In this document: piece after piece, positions 10,098-21,066 of the stretch
Layout of the letters: each line of letters begins with the position of its first letter
Numbering within the stretch: position 1 is the stretch's first letter
From: Opitutales bacterium
GTDB lineage: Bacteria; Verrucomicrobiota; Verrucomicrobiia; Opitutales; PNEW01
Length of the DNA stretch: 64,000 nt
Direction of reading: 5' to 3'
Assembly (NCBI GenBank): GCA_965197745.1
Contig: CBDANS010000006.1
Coordinates: 96,001 to 160,000 of the forward strand
The notes under the pieces: generated by a model
Databases searched by the model: none
The model's input: only the letters and a program-made list of their open reading frames with translations
What the model was told of the DNA's origin: nothing
Program-made: the position numbers and the translations under genes

Positions 10098-12341
10098 ATG
10101 TACTCAAGAAATATTGTTTCGGTTTTATTAATAACTCTGACAATTCCCGTATTTGTCTCAGCGCTTCCTCAAGACCTTGAAACTTTTTTCGATTTCGAAA
10201 ATGAATCAGCGACGGGGACGGAATTCACCCTGGGCGTAGCCCCGTTTACCATCCGGGTTATTGGGTTTACCCTGGAAACTGTTGATAACCCGGCCCTCGC
10301 TCATTCTGGAACCAAAGCTTTAGTCCTTGCAGCGGGTCAGGAAGGGAAAATTATTTTAGAAAGGGGCGCCAATTTACTCCAGTTTTATGCTGGTGAATCA
10401 TCCGGTGGCGGCCGTTTGGAACTCAGAGATAGAAGTGCTCTGGTTTTAAGTCCTGATGGGACAATTGATGGGCTGCCAGCTAACATCAGCCCGGGCGCTA
10501 ATCCCCCGCTTCAAAGTTTTGTCGCCTTCACTGGAGATATTAATGATCCAAACGACCTAAACTTTACGAGCGGTGTCATCGAAATAAAAATCATCAATGT
10601 AAATGAACGGGCGGTTATAGACGATCTTGGGTTCACCTACACGGTTGGTCCTCCCAACAATACCATTTTTGAAGATTTCAATAATGTAGGCACCCATTTA
10701 AAACCGGAATTTAATAGCCCTAATTCGAGGGTAAATTTCACTCTCGGAACCTCCCCTTACACCGCGACGTTTACCGGGGGCATTGCCTCCAATTCGGGCG
10801 GCGGTTTTTTTAATCATTCTATTCCCAGCGGTGGTTCTGACGTTGCAGGTGTCTGGAGAGTTGAAGATGCCTCTTTTTCAGGGGCGACGGGTGTCGGTAT
10901 TGTTACTTTCGAGACACCGGTCGCTAAATTAGAATTCTACGCTGCGGTCTTCCTCGAGGAAGATGGGGAAATTCAAATTTTCGATACTAATGATAACCTC
11001 CTCACATCAACCAAAGATTTACCGCTTAATATAAGTCACTTTTTTGAGTCACCCTTTACTTATTTATCTTTTAATGCCGCGGAGTTAGGGGCTCCTGAAG
11101 GAATTGGGAAAATGCATTATCTCAACTTGGAAGAAGTCTCTTTTCAAGGGAACGTGCTGCATAATGTCATTGATGATATTGGGTTTACTCCGGTCGGTGC
11201 TCCCGGTAGCGGTTCCGAGGGCCCCCCCCCGGTAGCCGGTCCCTCTATTACCACCCAGCCCGTGAGCCAGGAAGTGCAGTCGGGTTCAGCCATTGCCTTA
11301 TCGGTTGTCGCCAGCGGTGATGATCTTACCTACCAGTGGTATACCGGCAACAGCGGTGACACCGCCAGTCCCCTCGCCGGGGCTGCCGCCAGCACCTACA
11401 CCACCGGTGCGCTCACCGCGAGCACCAACTTCTGGGTGCAGGTAAGCAATGCCGGAGGTAGCACTGACAGCGATACCGCGGTCATCACCGTGACAGCGCC
11501 TTCCATTCCCCTCGTCCTTGACGGCTCGGGTGATATCGCCGGGGAAGACATTCAGCATGCCAACGGCAACGTCTTCGACCAGATTTTACTCACCGGAGAG
11601 TTCGTCCAACTCCAGGCCAAACCGGGACAGATCACCCGTGTTTCTTTCATGGACGAAAACGAGGACATTGTGCAGGTCGAGTTCTCAGGCAACGGGACCT
11701 TTACCGTAACCCTCGATCCGGCCACCTTTCTGCCCCCGGCCATACCTCCACGCTACAACCAAGCCGTCGAGTACGTGACGGGCAAACCCAGCGTGGTTAT
11801 CGACGGAGCTGATGCCAATACCTTCTTCAGCATCTTTACAGTGGGCAAGATCAACGCCTTTAACCAGGCACTGTTCCCCGAAGGACAGGTCTATGACGCC
11901 CAGGCCGATGTGGCCCTCGTGGAAGTAGTCAACTCCACGGGACTGGGAGGGGTGCAGCTATCGAATGCCGTGTTCAGTGGAAGCACGGGCAAGGTCGGCT
12001 TCGATGCGCGCGGCGTGCCGATCGCGGTACGCTTAACGGTGGGCGACATCGATGCCAACGGCGATGCGGTGCCGCACCTCCTGTTCGGAGACGGGTCCTT
12101 CACGGTAGCGGCGGGCAACCCCGGGATGCGTATTACCGGAGGAGACCTGATGCAGACGAACGGTGCCGCAGTCGTGGTCGCGGAGAGTGGTTCAACAACC
12201 CCCGGGTTCGAGACCCTGATCACCCAGAACAACTTCAAGTCTGACGAAACGCCTCAACCGACACTGAGCATCGATGCCACCTTCGCCAACGAGGACGGTG
12301 ACGAGATCACCGTGGATATTGATGAGATCACGATCGAGTGA
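10098..12341 (+). CDS. Secreted Ig-domain surface protein, array copy 1
   Basis: Signal peptide, two DF...IDD(L/I)GFT modules, Pro-rich linker, Ig domain (PSITTQP...LTYQWY...FWVQVSN), conserved C-terminal domain; alternative start 10077. Confidence 0.85.
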   Translation: MYSRNIVSVLLITLTIPVFVSALPQDLETFFDFENESATGTEFTLGVAPFTIRVIGFTLETVDNPALAHSGTKALVLAAGQEGKIILERGANLLQFYAGESSGGGRLELRDRSALVLSPDGTIDGLPANISPGANPPLQSFVAFTGDINDPNDLNFTSGVIEIKIINVNERAVIDDLGFTYTVGPPNNTIFEDFNNVGTHLKPEFNSPNSRVNFTLGTSPYTATFTGGIASNSGGGFFNHSIPSGGSDVAGVWRVEDASFSGATGVGIVTFETPVAKLEFYAAVFLEEDGEIQIFDTNDNLLTSTKDLPLNISHFFESPFTYLSFNAAELGAPEGIGKMHYLNLEEVSFQGNVLHNVIDDIGFTPVGAPGSGSEGPPPVAGPSITTQPVSQEVQSGSAIALSVVASGDDLTYQWYTGNSGDTASPLAGAAASTYTTGALTASTNFWVQVSNAGGSTDSDTAVITVTAPSIPLVLDGSGDIAGEDIQHANGNVFDQILLTGEFVQLQAKPGQITRVSFMDENEDIVQVEFSGNGTFTVTLDPATFLPPAIPPRYNQAVEYVTGKPSVVIDGADANTFFSIFTVGKINAFNQALFPEGQVYDAQADVALVEVVNSTGLGGVQLSNAVFSGSTGKVGFDARGVPIAVRLTVGDIDANGDAVPHLLFGDGSFTVAAGNPGMRITGGDLMQTNGAAVVVAESGSTTPGFETLITQNNFKSDETPQPTLSIDATFANEDGDEITVDIDEITIE

Positions 12342-12355
12342 TTGGTGATCTATCG

Positions 12356-12503
12356 ATCAGTGTTAGCCGCCGTCGTCCCGCGGGTGCGGGACTATGGCGT
12401 GACATGAGTGTTAAGTTTTAGGTGGAACGCACTGTCCCTAGTGCGTTTAGAACTTTTATTATTGATAAACTACTAAGCGCGCTGGGACAGCCCGCTCCAC
12501 CTT
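12356..12503. repeat. REP-like palindromic cluster (also 15144-15309, 20329-20580)
   Basis: Shared blocks atcagtgttagccgccgtcgtcccgcg(g/a)gt(g/a)cgggactatggcgtg and ggtgga(a/g)cg...gctgggacagcccgctccacct downstream of array genes. Confidence 0.8.
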
Positions 12504-12579
12504 TCATTGATAAATCAAGCAGCTATCGGTGACATCTTCCATTCAATGGAAATGACGATCACCCCTATTGGCCGACAGT

Positions 12580-12740
12580 AACCGTTCACTGTTTATTGTT
12601 CACCGTCCCCTCTCCACTGTTCACTCTCCACTCCCCACTGTTCACTGTTTACTGTTCACTGTTCACTCTCCACTTTCCCCTCCCCACCGTTCACTGTTCA
12701 CTTTCCCCTCTCCCCCCTTCACTGTTCACTTTCCCCTCAC
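12580..12740. repeat. Degenerate heptamer tandem repeat (TGTTCAC)n; related copy at 17880-17940
   Basis: Repeated ctgttca/ctctcca units read directly. Confidence 0.85.
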
Positions 12741-12926
12741 TCAGTATCGGGATTATTTTAATAGTTGACGGAACATTTTTCCTGTTTTGGTATTCTAAAT
12801 ATCATACGGCCTGTGCTGATTTTAGACTAAAACCTCATCCAGGATAAAAGTCTATACACGCAATTAAATAAAAGTTGGCTAATGGAGCTCTAAATAAAAC
12901 ACGTTCCAAAATAATGGGGGGATCAA

Positions 12927-15136
12927 ATGTTCAAAAAAAAACTCGTTTCACTATCCTTAATTTCACTGATGTTACCTGTCATGCTCTCAGCTCTTCCTCA
13001 AGATCTGGAGGTATTCACAGATTTCGAGAACATCAGTGGTGAAGGGGAATTTTTCATTGGGGAGGACCCCAACAGGGTCAAGATAGTCGGATTCACGGTT
13101 GAAACGCTGGAAGATCCGGCACTCTTACACTCCGGAACAAAAGTGATAACTCTCGGGCCTGGTCAGGAGGGGGTAATTGTATCGGAAAGAGGACTTGATG
13201 AAATCCAATTCTATGCGGCTGAGAATACGGGAGCAGGTAAAATCGAGTACCGAGGAAACTCCATTCTAGCTGATGGAACTATAGGAATCGTTCTCGCCCT
13301 CAATGGCGTAATCGATGGTTTGCCCAATAATATCAGCCCCGGCGCAAATCCCCCCTTACAAGGCGGTATTGCAGATAGTGGTGTTTTTTTCGATAACGAC
13401 GACTTTGACTTTATCGATGGCATCAGAGAAATAAAGATCAAGGATGTTACAGGTAAATTATCCATCGACGATCTGGGCTTCACGCTTACGTCCAGACCGT
13501 CCAATAACACGGTTTATACTTATTTTGATGAATTCAGTGTAGGTGTTGGACAGTTCGAACCCATTGTTATTGGGACATCACCCTATACTGCTTCTTTTGA
13601 TGGTGGTATAATTATGTCCGGAGCATCAGAAAACCCCACTCATTCGGGAGAACTGTCCTATGGGATTCCAGTTAATGGCGATTCATTCGAAGTCGTCTTT
13701 GAAACCCCCGCTTATGAAATAGACACTTATGCAGGTGCACTTTTATTATCAAGCGCTTCAGAATCTGATGGCTCGATTGAAGTCTATGATACGGATGATA
13801 ACCTGATTGCTACTTTTACGGATTTTACGGCTTCTGGTGGTCTACGCTTTGAATTCAAACCCCCTTTTTAACGATCAATGCAGTTGAATTGGGAGCCCCG
13901 GGCGGTATCAGCAGACTGGTTGTTAAAGACAATCCAAATTTAAATGAAGCGAGAAGCCGGACAGTCATAGACACTTTTGGTTTTACCCCTATCGGTGCTC
14001 CCGGCAGTGGTGGTGAACCACCTCCGGCACAAGGCCCTTCCATTACCAACCAGCCCGCCAGCCAGGAAGTGCAGTCCGGCGCTTCGGCGAGTTTGTCTGT
14101 CGCTGCCAGCGGCGACGATCTCACTTACCAGTGGTATACCGGTAACAGCGGTGACACCGCAGCTCCCGTCGCCGGCGCCACCGGAAGCACGCTAACTACG
14201 GGTGCTCTCACCGCGAGCACGAACTTCTGGGCACAGGTAACCAACACCGGGGGTTCCGCTGACAGCGATACCGCGGTCATCACCGTGTCAGCACCTTCCG
14301 TGCCCCTCGTTCTTGACGGCTCGGGCGATATCGCCGGGGAAGACATTCAGCATGCCAACGGTAACGTCTTCGACCAGATATTACTCACCGGAGAGTCCGT
14401 CCAACTCCAGGCCAAACCGGGACAGATCACCCGCGTTTCCTTCATGGACGAAAACGAAGACATTGTACAGGTAGAGTTCTCAGGCAACGGGACCTTTACC
14501 GTAACCCTCGACCCGGCCACCTTCCTGCCCCCGGCCATTCCCCCACGCTACAACCAGCAAGTTGAGTACGTGACGGGCAAACCGAGCGTGGTCATCGACG
14601 GAGCCGACGCCAATACCTTCTTCAGCATTTTCACGGTGGGCAAGATCAACGCCTTTAACCAGGCACTGTTCCCCGAAGGACAGGTCTATGACGCCCAGGC
14701 CGACGTGGCCCTCGTGGAAGTAGTCAACTCCACGGGACTGGGAGGAGTCCAGCTGTCGAACGCTGTGTTTAGCGGAAGCACGGGCAAGGTCGGCTTTGAT
14801 GCGCGCGGTGTGCCGATCGCTGTACGCTTAACGGTGGGCGACATCGACGCCGATGGTGATGCGGTGCCACACATCCTGTTCGGAGAAGGGTCCTTCACGG
14901 TAGCGGCGGGCAACCCCGGGATGAGGATCACCGGTGGCGACCTCTTGCAGACGAACGGTGCTGCAATCGTCGTCGCTGAGAGTGGTTCAACAACGACCGG
15001 GTTTGAGACCCTGATCACCCAGAACAACTTCAAGTCCGACGAAACACCTCAGCCGACACAGAGTATCGATGCCACTTTCGCCAACGAGGACGGTGACGAG
15101 ATTACCGTGGCTATTGATGAGATCACGATCGAGTGA
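12927..15136 (+). pseudogene. Secreted Ig-domain surface protein, array copy 2, frameshifted
   Basis: ORFs 12927..13871 and 13889..15136 together are colinear with copy 3; tract C5T5 at 13860-13869 versus C5T6 in copy 3 creates TAA. Confidence 0.88.
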
Positions 15137-15559
15137 TCTATCGATCAGTGTTAGCCGCCGTCGTCCCGCGGGTGCGGGACTATGGCGTGCCATGGGTGTT
15201 AGGTGGAACGCGGTGCCTGTGTCGGCCATAGCTTCAGCGACGGCTGATCCCTACCGCGTTTAAGTTCAGTTATAAAAAAGAAGCGTGCTGGGACAGCCCG
15301 CTCCACCTAAAATAATTTAAGGAGATAGACGAGGACGACGATTTAATGTTTATATTATAGTTAAATATAAACTATAAAGCAGCCCAGGGACCACCCTGGT
15401 TCACTATTATTGGACGAAAGTACCTGTTCACGGTTCACTAATCCCAAAAGGAGCTAAGAATTGTTAAATATCACTTGAATTGTGTTCATTAGACAATTAA
15501 TTAATAGTTAACTAATGGAGCTCTAAATAAAACACGTTCCAAAATAATGGGGGGATCAA

Positions 15560-17785
15560 ATGTTCAAAAAAAAACTCGTTTCACTATCCTTAATTTCACT
15601 GATGTTACCTGTCATGCTCTCAGCTCTTCCTCAAGATCTGGAGGTATTCACAGATTTCGAGAACATCAGTGGAGAAGGTGATTTTTACATTGGGGAATTT
15701 CCAGATAGAATCAGGTTAATTGGATTCACGGTTGAAACGCTGGAAGATCCAGCGCTCTTGCATTCCGGATCAAAGGCGATAACCCTCGGGCCGGGTCAGG
15801 AGGGGATAATTGTATCGGAAAGAGGACTTGATGAAATCCAATTTTATGCGGGCGAGAATACGGGAGCAGGCAAGATCGAGTATCGAGGAAATTACGAAGT
15901 AGCATCAGGTTCGGGTTTTGGGACCTCTATAGGACTCATTCTCGCCGACAATGGCGTAGTCGATGGTCTGCCTAATAATATCAGCCCCGGCGCAAATCCC
16001 CCCTTACAGGGTGGTATTTCAGACAGTGGTGTTTTCTTCGATAACGACGACTTTGACTTTATCGATGGCATCAGAGAAATAAAGATCAAGGATGTTACAG
16101 GTAAATTATCCATCGACGATTTAGGGTTCACTACAACGTCCAGACCGTCCAATAACACGGTCTATACTTATTTTGATGAATTCAGTGTAGGGACAGGACA
16201 GTTCGAACCCATTGTTATTGGGACATCACCCTATACAGCTACTTTGGAAGGCGGTATTATTATGTCCAGAGCGGCAGAAAACCCGGCTCATTCGGGAGAG
16301 CTGTCCTTTGGGCTTCAGGTAAATGGCGAATCATTCGAAATTGTCTTTGAAACCCCCGCTTATGAAATAGACACTTACGCAGGCGCGCTTTTATTATCGA
16401 GCGCATCAGAATCTGATGGCTCGATTGAAGTCTATGATACGGGTGATAACCTGATTGCTACTTTTACGGATTTCACAGCTTCTGGTGGCCTGAACTTTAC
16501 TCTCAAACCCCCTTTTTTAACGATCAATGCAGTTGAATTGGGAGCCCCGGGCGGTATCAGCAGACTGGTTGTTAAAGACAATCCTAATTTAAATGAAGCG
16601 AGAAGCCGGACAGTCATAGACACTTTTGGTTTTACCCCTGTCGGTGCGCCCGGCAGTGGTGGTGAACCACCTCCGGCACAAGGTCCATCCATAACTACCC
16701 AGCCCGCCAGCCAGGAAGTGCAGTCCGGCGCTTCGGCGAGTTTGTCTGTCGCTGCCAGCGGCGACGATCTCACTTACCAGTGGTATACCGGTAACAGCGG
16801 TGACACCGCAGCTCCCGTCGCCGGCGCCACCGGAAGCACGCTAACTACGGGTGCTCTCACCGCGAGCACGAACTTCTGGGCACAGGTAACCAACACCGGG
16901 GGTTCCGCTGACAGCGATACCGCGGTCATCACCGTGTCAGCACCTTCCGTGCCCCTCGTTCTTGACGGCTCGGGCGATATCGCCGGGGAAGACATTCAGC
17001 ATGCCAACGGTAACGTCTTCGACCAGATTTTACTCACCGGAGAGTTCGTCCAACTCCAGGCCAAACCGGGACAGATCACCCGCGTTTCCTTCATGGACGA
17101 AAACGAAGACATTGTACAGGTAGAGTTCTCAGGTAACGGTACCTTTACCGTATCCCTCGACCCGGCCACTTTCCTGCCCCCGGCCGTCCCCCCACGCTAC
17201 AACCAGGCCGTCGAATATGTGACGGGTAAGCCGAGCGTGGTCATCGACGGAGCCGACGCCAATACCTTCTTCAGCATTTTCACGGTGGGCAGGATCAACG
17301 CCTTTAACCAGGCGCTGTTCCCCGAAGGACAGGTCTATGACGCCCAGGCCGACGTGGCCCTCGTGGAAGTAGTCAACTCCACAGGATTGGGAGGGGTACA
17401 GTTATCGAATACCGTGTTCAGTGGAAGCACGGGCAAGGTCGGCTTCGATGCGCGTGGAGTACCGATCGCTGTACGCTTAACGGTGGGCGACATCGACGCC
17501 GATGGTGATGCGGTGCCACACATCCTGTTCGGAGAAGGGTCCTTCACGGTAGCGGCGGGCAACCCCGGGATGAGGATCACCGGTGGCGACCTCTTGCAGA
17601 CGAACGGTGCTGCAATCGTCGTCGCTGAGAGTGGTTCAACAACGACCGGGTTTGAGACCCTGATCACCCAGAACAACTTCAAGTCCGACGAAACACCTCA
17701 GCCGACACAGAGTATCGATGCCACTTTCGCCAACGAGGACGGTGACGAGATTACCGTGGCTATTGATGAGATCACGATCGAGTGA
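15560..17785 (+). CDS. Secreted Ig-domain surface protein, array copy 3
   Basis: 741 aa; same architecture; 5' leader and start identical to copy 2. Confidence 0.88.
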   Translation: MFKKKLVSLSLISLMLPVMLSALPQDLEVFTDFENISGEGDFYIGEFPDRIRLIGFTVETLEDPALLHSGSKAITLGPGQEGIIVSERGLDEIQFYAGENTGAGKIEYRGNYEVASGSGFGTSIGLILADNGVVDGLPNNISPGANPPLQGGISDSGVFFDNDDFDFIDGIREIKIKDVTGKLSIDDLGFTTTSRPSNNTVYTYFDEFSVGTGQFEPIVIGTSPYTATLEGGIIMSRAAENPAHSGELSFGLQVNGESFEIVFETPAYEIDTYAGALLLSSASESDGSIEVYDTGDNLIATFTDFTASGGLNFTLKPPFLTINAVELGAPGGISRLVVKDNPNLNEARSRTVIDTFGFTPVGAPGSGGEPPPAQGPSITTQPASQEVQSGASASLSVAASGDDLTYQWYTGNSGDTAAPVAGATGSTLTTGALTASTNFWAQVTNTGGSADSDTAVITVSAPSVPLVLDGSGDIAGEDIQHANGNVFDQILLTGEFVQLQAKPGQITRVSFMDENEDIVQVEFSGNGTFTVSLDPATFLPPAVPPRYNQAVEYVTGKPSVVIDGADANTFFSIFTVGRINAFNQALFPEGQVYDAQADVALVEVVNSTGLGGVQLSNTVFSGSTGKVGFDARGVPIAVRLTVGDIDADGDAVPHILFGEGSFTVAAGNPGMRITGGDLLQTNGAAIVVAESGSTTTGFETLITQNNFKSDETPQPTQSIDATFANEDGDEITVAIDEITIE

Positions 17786-18050
17786 TCTATCGATCAGTGT
17801 TAGGTTCTAAGTTTTAAGTGTTAAGCAATTAGGTGGACCTCGTGGGTGCCTGTCAGCCGTTGGGCTATGACTGACAGGCACCGTTCACTTTCCCTCCACT
17901 TTTCACTGTTCACTGCTCACTGTTCACTTCCCCCTCTCCCTATATAGGGATTATATTAAGAGTTGACGGAACATATTCGCTGATTTGGTATTCTAAATAT
18001 TAGGCAACCCACGCAGATAATTGAGTAAAACCCCTATAGGATAATAGTCT

Positions 18051-20285
18051 ATGCACGCATTTAAATCACGATTTATCATAATTCTACTCGTATCTTTTCC
18101 GCTTATCCTTCAGGCCATACCTGAAAATCTCGACACTTTTTACGATTTTGAAGAAGCTGATGGTAAAGGGACAATATTTCTCGGTCAACCACCCAATAGT
18201 ATAACGTTAGTTGGTTTCACCCTCCAGTCCGTAGGGAATCCCGCGCTCTATCACTCAGGGTCAAAGGCCATAATGTTGGGGGCAGGACAGGAAGGGACCA
18301 TCATCTTTGAAAGAGGTGTTCAAACACTCCAATTCTATGCAGCTGACACTGGTGGTGGTGGTAGAATCGAACTGAGAGACAGAAATAAGATCGAGTTATC
18401 TCCACAAGGTGTTGTCGAGGGTTTGCCAACCAATATCAGTCCCGGGGCGAATCCGCCGTTGCAAAGTTTCGTCGCTTTCAGCGGGGATATAAATGATTTG
18501 TCAGATCTGAATTTTACGGGCGGGATCAGGGAAATCAAAATTGTGAATGTGTCCGGGCAATTTTCTCTCGACGATCTCGGTTTCTCCTATGTGGTTGGAC
18601 CTCCCAATAATTTCGTCTTCGAGGACTTTCAGGTATTTACACAAAATCCCGTATTCGCTAACCGGGTAAACTTTGATTTAGGGCAATCACCCTTCTCCGC
18701 CAACTTTTCCGGTGGCATTGCCTCGGGCAATGGTGGTTTTAATGCATTTAATCACACTTTACCCGACTTAGCGGGTACTCAAGACCAGGATCCTTATGGG
18801 GCATGGAGAGTAGAGGATATATCTTTTGGGGGGTCTGGTTTAGGTGTTATTACTTTTGAGACACCGGCCGCCAAGGTGGAATTCTATGCCGCTGTCTTTA
18901 TTGAAGGAGACGGTGAAATACAGGTTTTTGACACCAACGATAAGCTGCTCACCTCGACAACGAATATCCCACTGAGTATCAGTCATGAATATCTCATCCC
19001 CTTCACATTTTTTTCATTTATTGCTGCAGATTTAGGCGCTCCCGAAGGGATTGGAAAAATTAACTACACCAATGGTCCAGCGACTACGACACAAGGAAAT
19101 GTTCTTCATAATGTCATTGACGACTTTGGCTTTACTTCGGTCGGTGCTCCCGGTAGCGGCGGCGAACCGCCCCCGATAACCGGTCCCTCTATTACCACCC
19201 AGCCCGCGAGCCAGGAAGTGCAGTCGGGTTCGGCTATTGCTTTATCGGTTGTCGCCAGCGGTGATGATCTTACTTACCAGTGGTACACCGGCAACAGCGG
19301 TGACACCACCAGTCCCCTCGCCGGGGCCACCGGCAGCACCTACACCACCGGTGCGCTCACTGCGAATACCAACTTCTGGGTGCAGGTAAGCAATGCCGGA
19401 GGTAGCACTGACAGCGACACCGCCGTCATCACCGTAACCGCCCCCCCGGTGCCACTCGTCCTCGACGGTTCGGGTGATATCGCCGGTGAGGATATCCAGC
19501 ATCCCAATGGGAATGTCTTCGACCAGATCCTCTTAACCGGAGAGTTTGTCCAACTCCAGGCCAAACCGGGACAGATCACCCGCGTTTCCTTCATGGACGA
19601 AACTGAGGACATTGTACAGGTAGAGTTCTCCGGTTCAGGGACCTTTACCGTTACCCTCGACCCGACGACCTTCCTGCCCCCGGCCATTCCCCCGCGCTAC
19701 AACCAGGCAGTAGAGTACGTGACAGGCAAGCCGAGCGTGGTCATCGAAGGAGCGGACGCCAACACCTTCTTCAGCATCTTCACGGTGGGCAAGATCAACG
19801 CCGTGAACCAGGCCCTCTTCCCCGAAGGACAGGAATATGACGCCGAAGCCGACGTCGCCCTGGTGGAAGTGATCAACTCCACGGGAATAGGTGGGATGCA
19901 GTTGTCGAATACTATCTTTTCGGCAAGTACGGGAAAGACTGGCGTGGACGCCCGCGGAGTGCCCATAGCGGTACGCTTAACGGTAGGCGACATCGATGCC
20001 GATGGTGATGCGGTTCCGCATATACTCTTTGCGGATGGATCCTTCACGGTGCCGGCGGGCAACCCCGGAATGCGTATCACCGGAGGTGATTTAGCCCAGA
20101 CCAATGATGCCGCGGTAGTTATCGCCGAGAGTGGATCGACGATCCCCGGGTTTGAGACCTTGATCACTCAGAACAATTTCAAGTCCGACATCACGCCTCA
20201 ACCGACGCAGAGCATTAATGCCACATTCGCCAACGAGGACGGTGACGAGATTACCGTGGCTATTGAAGAGATCACGATCGAGTGA
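18051..20285 (+). CDS. Secreted Ig-domain surface protein, array copy 4
   Basis: 744 aa; N-terminal modules closest to copy 1; same C-terminal domain ending EITIE. Confidence 0.88.
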   Translation: MHAFKSRFIIILLVSFPLILQAIPENLDTFYDFEEADGKGTIFLGQPPNSITLVGFTLQSVGNPALYHSGSKAIMLGAGQEGTIIFERGVQTLQFYAADTGGGGRIELRDRNKIELSPQGVVEGLPTNISPGANPPLQSFVAFSGDINDLSDLNFTGGIREIKIVNVSGQFSLDDLGFSYVVGPPNNFVFEDFQVFTQNPVFANRVNFDLGQSPFSANFSGGIASGNGGFNAFNHTLPDLAGTQDQDPYGAWRVEDISFGGSGLGVITFETPAAKVEFYAAVFIEGDGEIQVFDTNDKLLTSTTNIPLSISHEYLIPFTFFSFIAADLGAPEGIGKINYTNGPATTTQGNVLHNVIDDFGFTSVGAPGSGGEPPPITGPSITTQPASQEVQSGSAIALSVVASGDDLTYQWYTGNSGDTTSPLAGATGSTYTTGALTANTNFWVQVSNAGGSTDSDTAVITVTAPPVPLVLDGSGDIAGEDIQHPNGNVFDQILLTGEFVQLQAKPGQITRVSFMDETEDIVQVEFSGSGTFTVTLDPTTFLPPAIPPRYNQAVEYVTGKPSVVIEGADANTFFSIFTVGKINAVNQALFPEGQEYDAEADVALVEVINSTGIGGMQLSNTIFSASTGKTGVDARGVPIAVRLTVGDIDADGDAVPHILFADGSFTVPAGNPGMRITGGDLAQTNDAAVVIAESGSTIPGFETLITQNNFKSDITPQPTQSINATFANEDGDEITVAIEEITIE

Positions 20286-20582
20286 TTGGTGATCTATCGA
20301 TCAGTGTTAGGTATTAAGTTTTAAGTTTTAGGTGGAGCGGGACCTGAGACGAGCTCAGTCGAATCGTGTCCCAGCACGCTTCTTTTCTTCTTATAACAAT
20401 CTAAACGAGCTTCAAGCAGCTGTCGGTGAGATCAGTGTTAGCCGCCGTCGTCCCGCGAGTACGGGACTATGGCGTGCCATGGGTGTTAAGTTTTAAGTGT
20501 TAGGTGGAGCGGGCTGTCCCAGCACGCTTCTTTTCTTCTTTTAATAATCTTAACGCGCTGGCAGGTACCCCGCCCCACCATA

Positions 20583-20960
20583 TTGTCATTGCGAGGGAGG
20601 CTATCAGCTGACCGCGGCTACCGAGCGCAGCGACATCTTCCAATCCAGGGGAAGGTCTGTTGCGTGATGAAAGTCCCTTGATGTTAGAGTTTACATTCCG
20701 TCGAGCAATTGTCGATTTTCAATCAGCTTCCCTTTAGCGGCTAGCATTAAGCTACCGACATTCCCCTTGAATGTGAGATGTCCAACCTTCTTACATCGGA
20801 TATCGTAACTCGTAAATCGTATATCGATGCTATTGATATCCGGTATGTGATATCCGAGGTTAGATATTCGAAATATTGAGCTTACTTCAAACATCATATA
20901 TCGTATATCGATGCTGACGAGACCGAAGTCTATGCTCGACATCTTCCATTCCAGGGAAAT
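20583..20960. repeat. Degenerate GTCATTGCGAG-type element followed by a (GATATC)-rich short tandem repeat
   Basis: Starts ttgtcattgcgagg, contains gcgacatcttccaatccagg; gatatc-type units at ~20795-20915. Confidence 0.7.
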
Positions 20961-21066
20961 ACCCGGGCATGTATTGACAGCCTCCTGGATGGGTTGATAT
21001 CGTGTCGCGATTGCGCACGGAGTGCGCCCGTCCAGAAATATTCGGCAATATTAAATTGTATCAATC

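Noticed and set aside
12568..12847. ORFs 12568..12768 and 12596..12847
   Set aside because: Translations of the heptamer repeat (HCSLFT-type), not credible proteins
11298..20167. Recurrent antisense ORFs (MKLFWVIRV..., MAGGRKVAG...) within the array
   Set aside because: Shadows of the duplicated GC-rich sense genes
10098..20285. Diversity-generating retroelement or invertase shufflon driving the array
   Set aside because: No reverse transcriptase or recombinase in the window, all copies are in the same orientation, and differences are not adenine-specific
12580..20960. CRISPR array among the intergenic repeats
   Set aside because: No constant-length repeat with unique spacers; the repeats are microsatellite-like or palindromic, and no cas genes were seen
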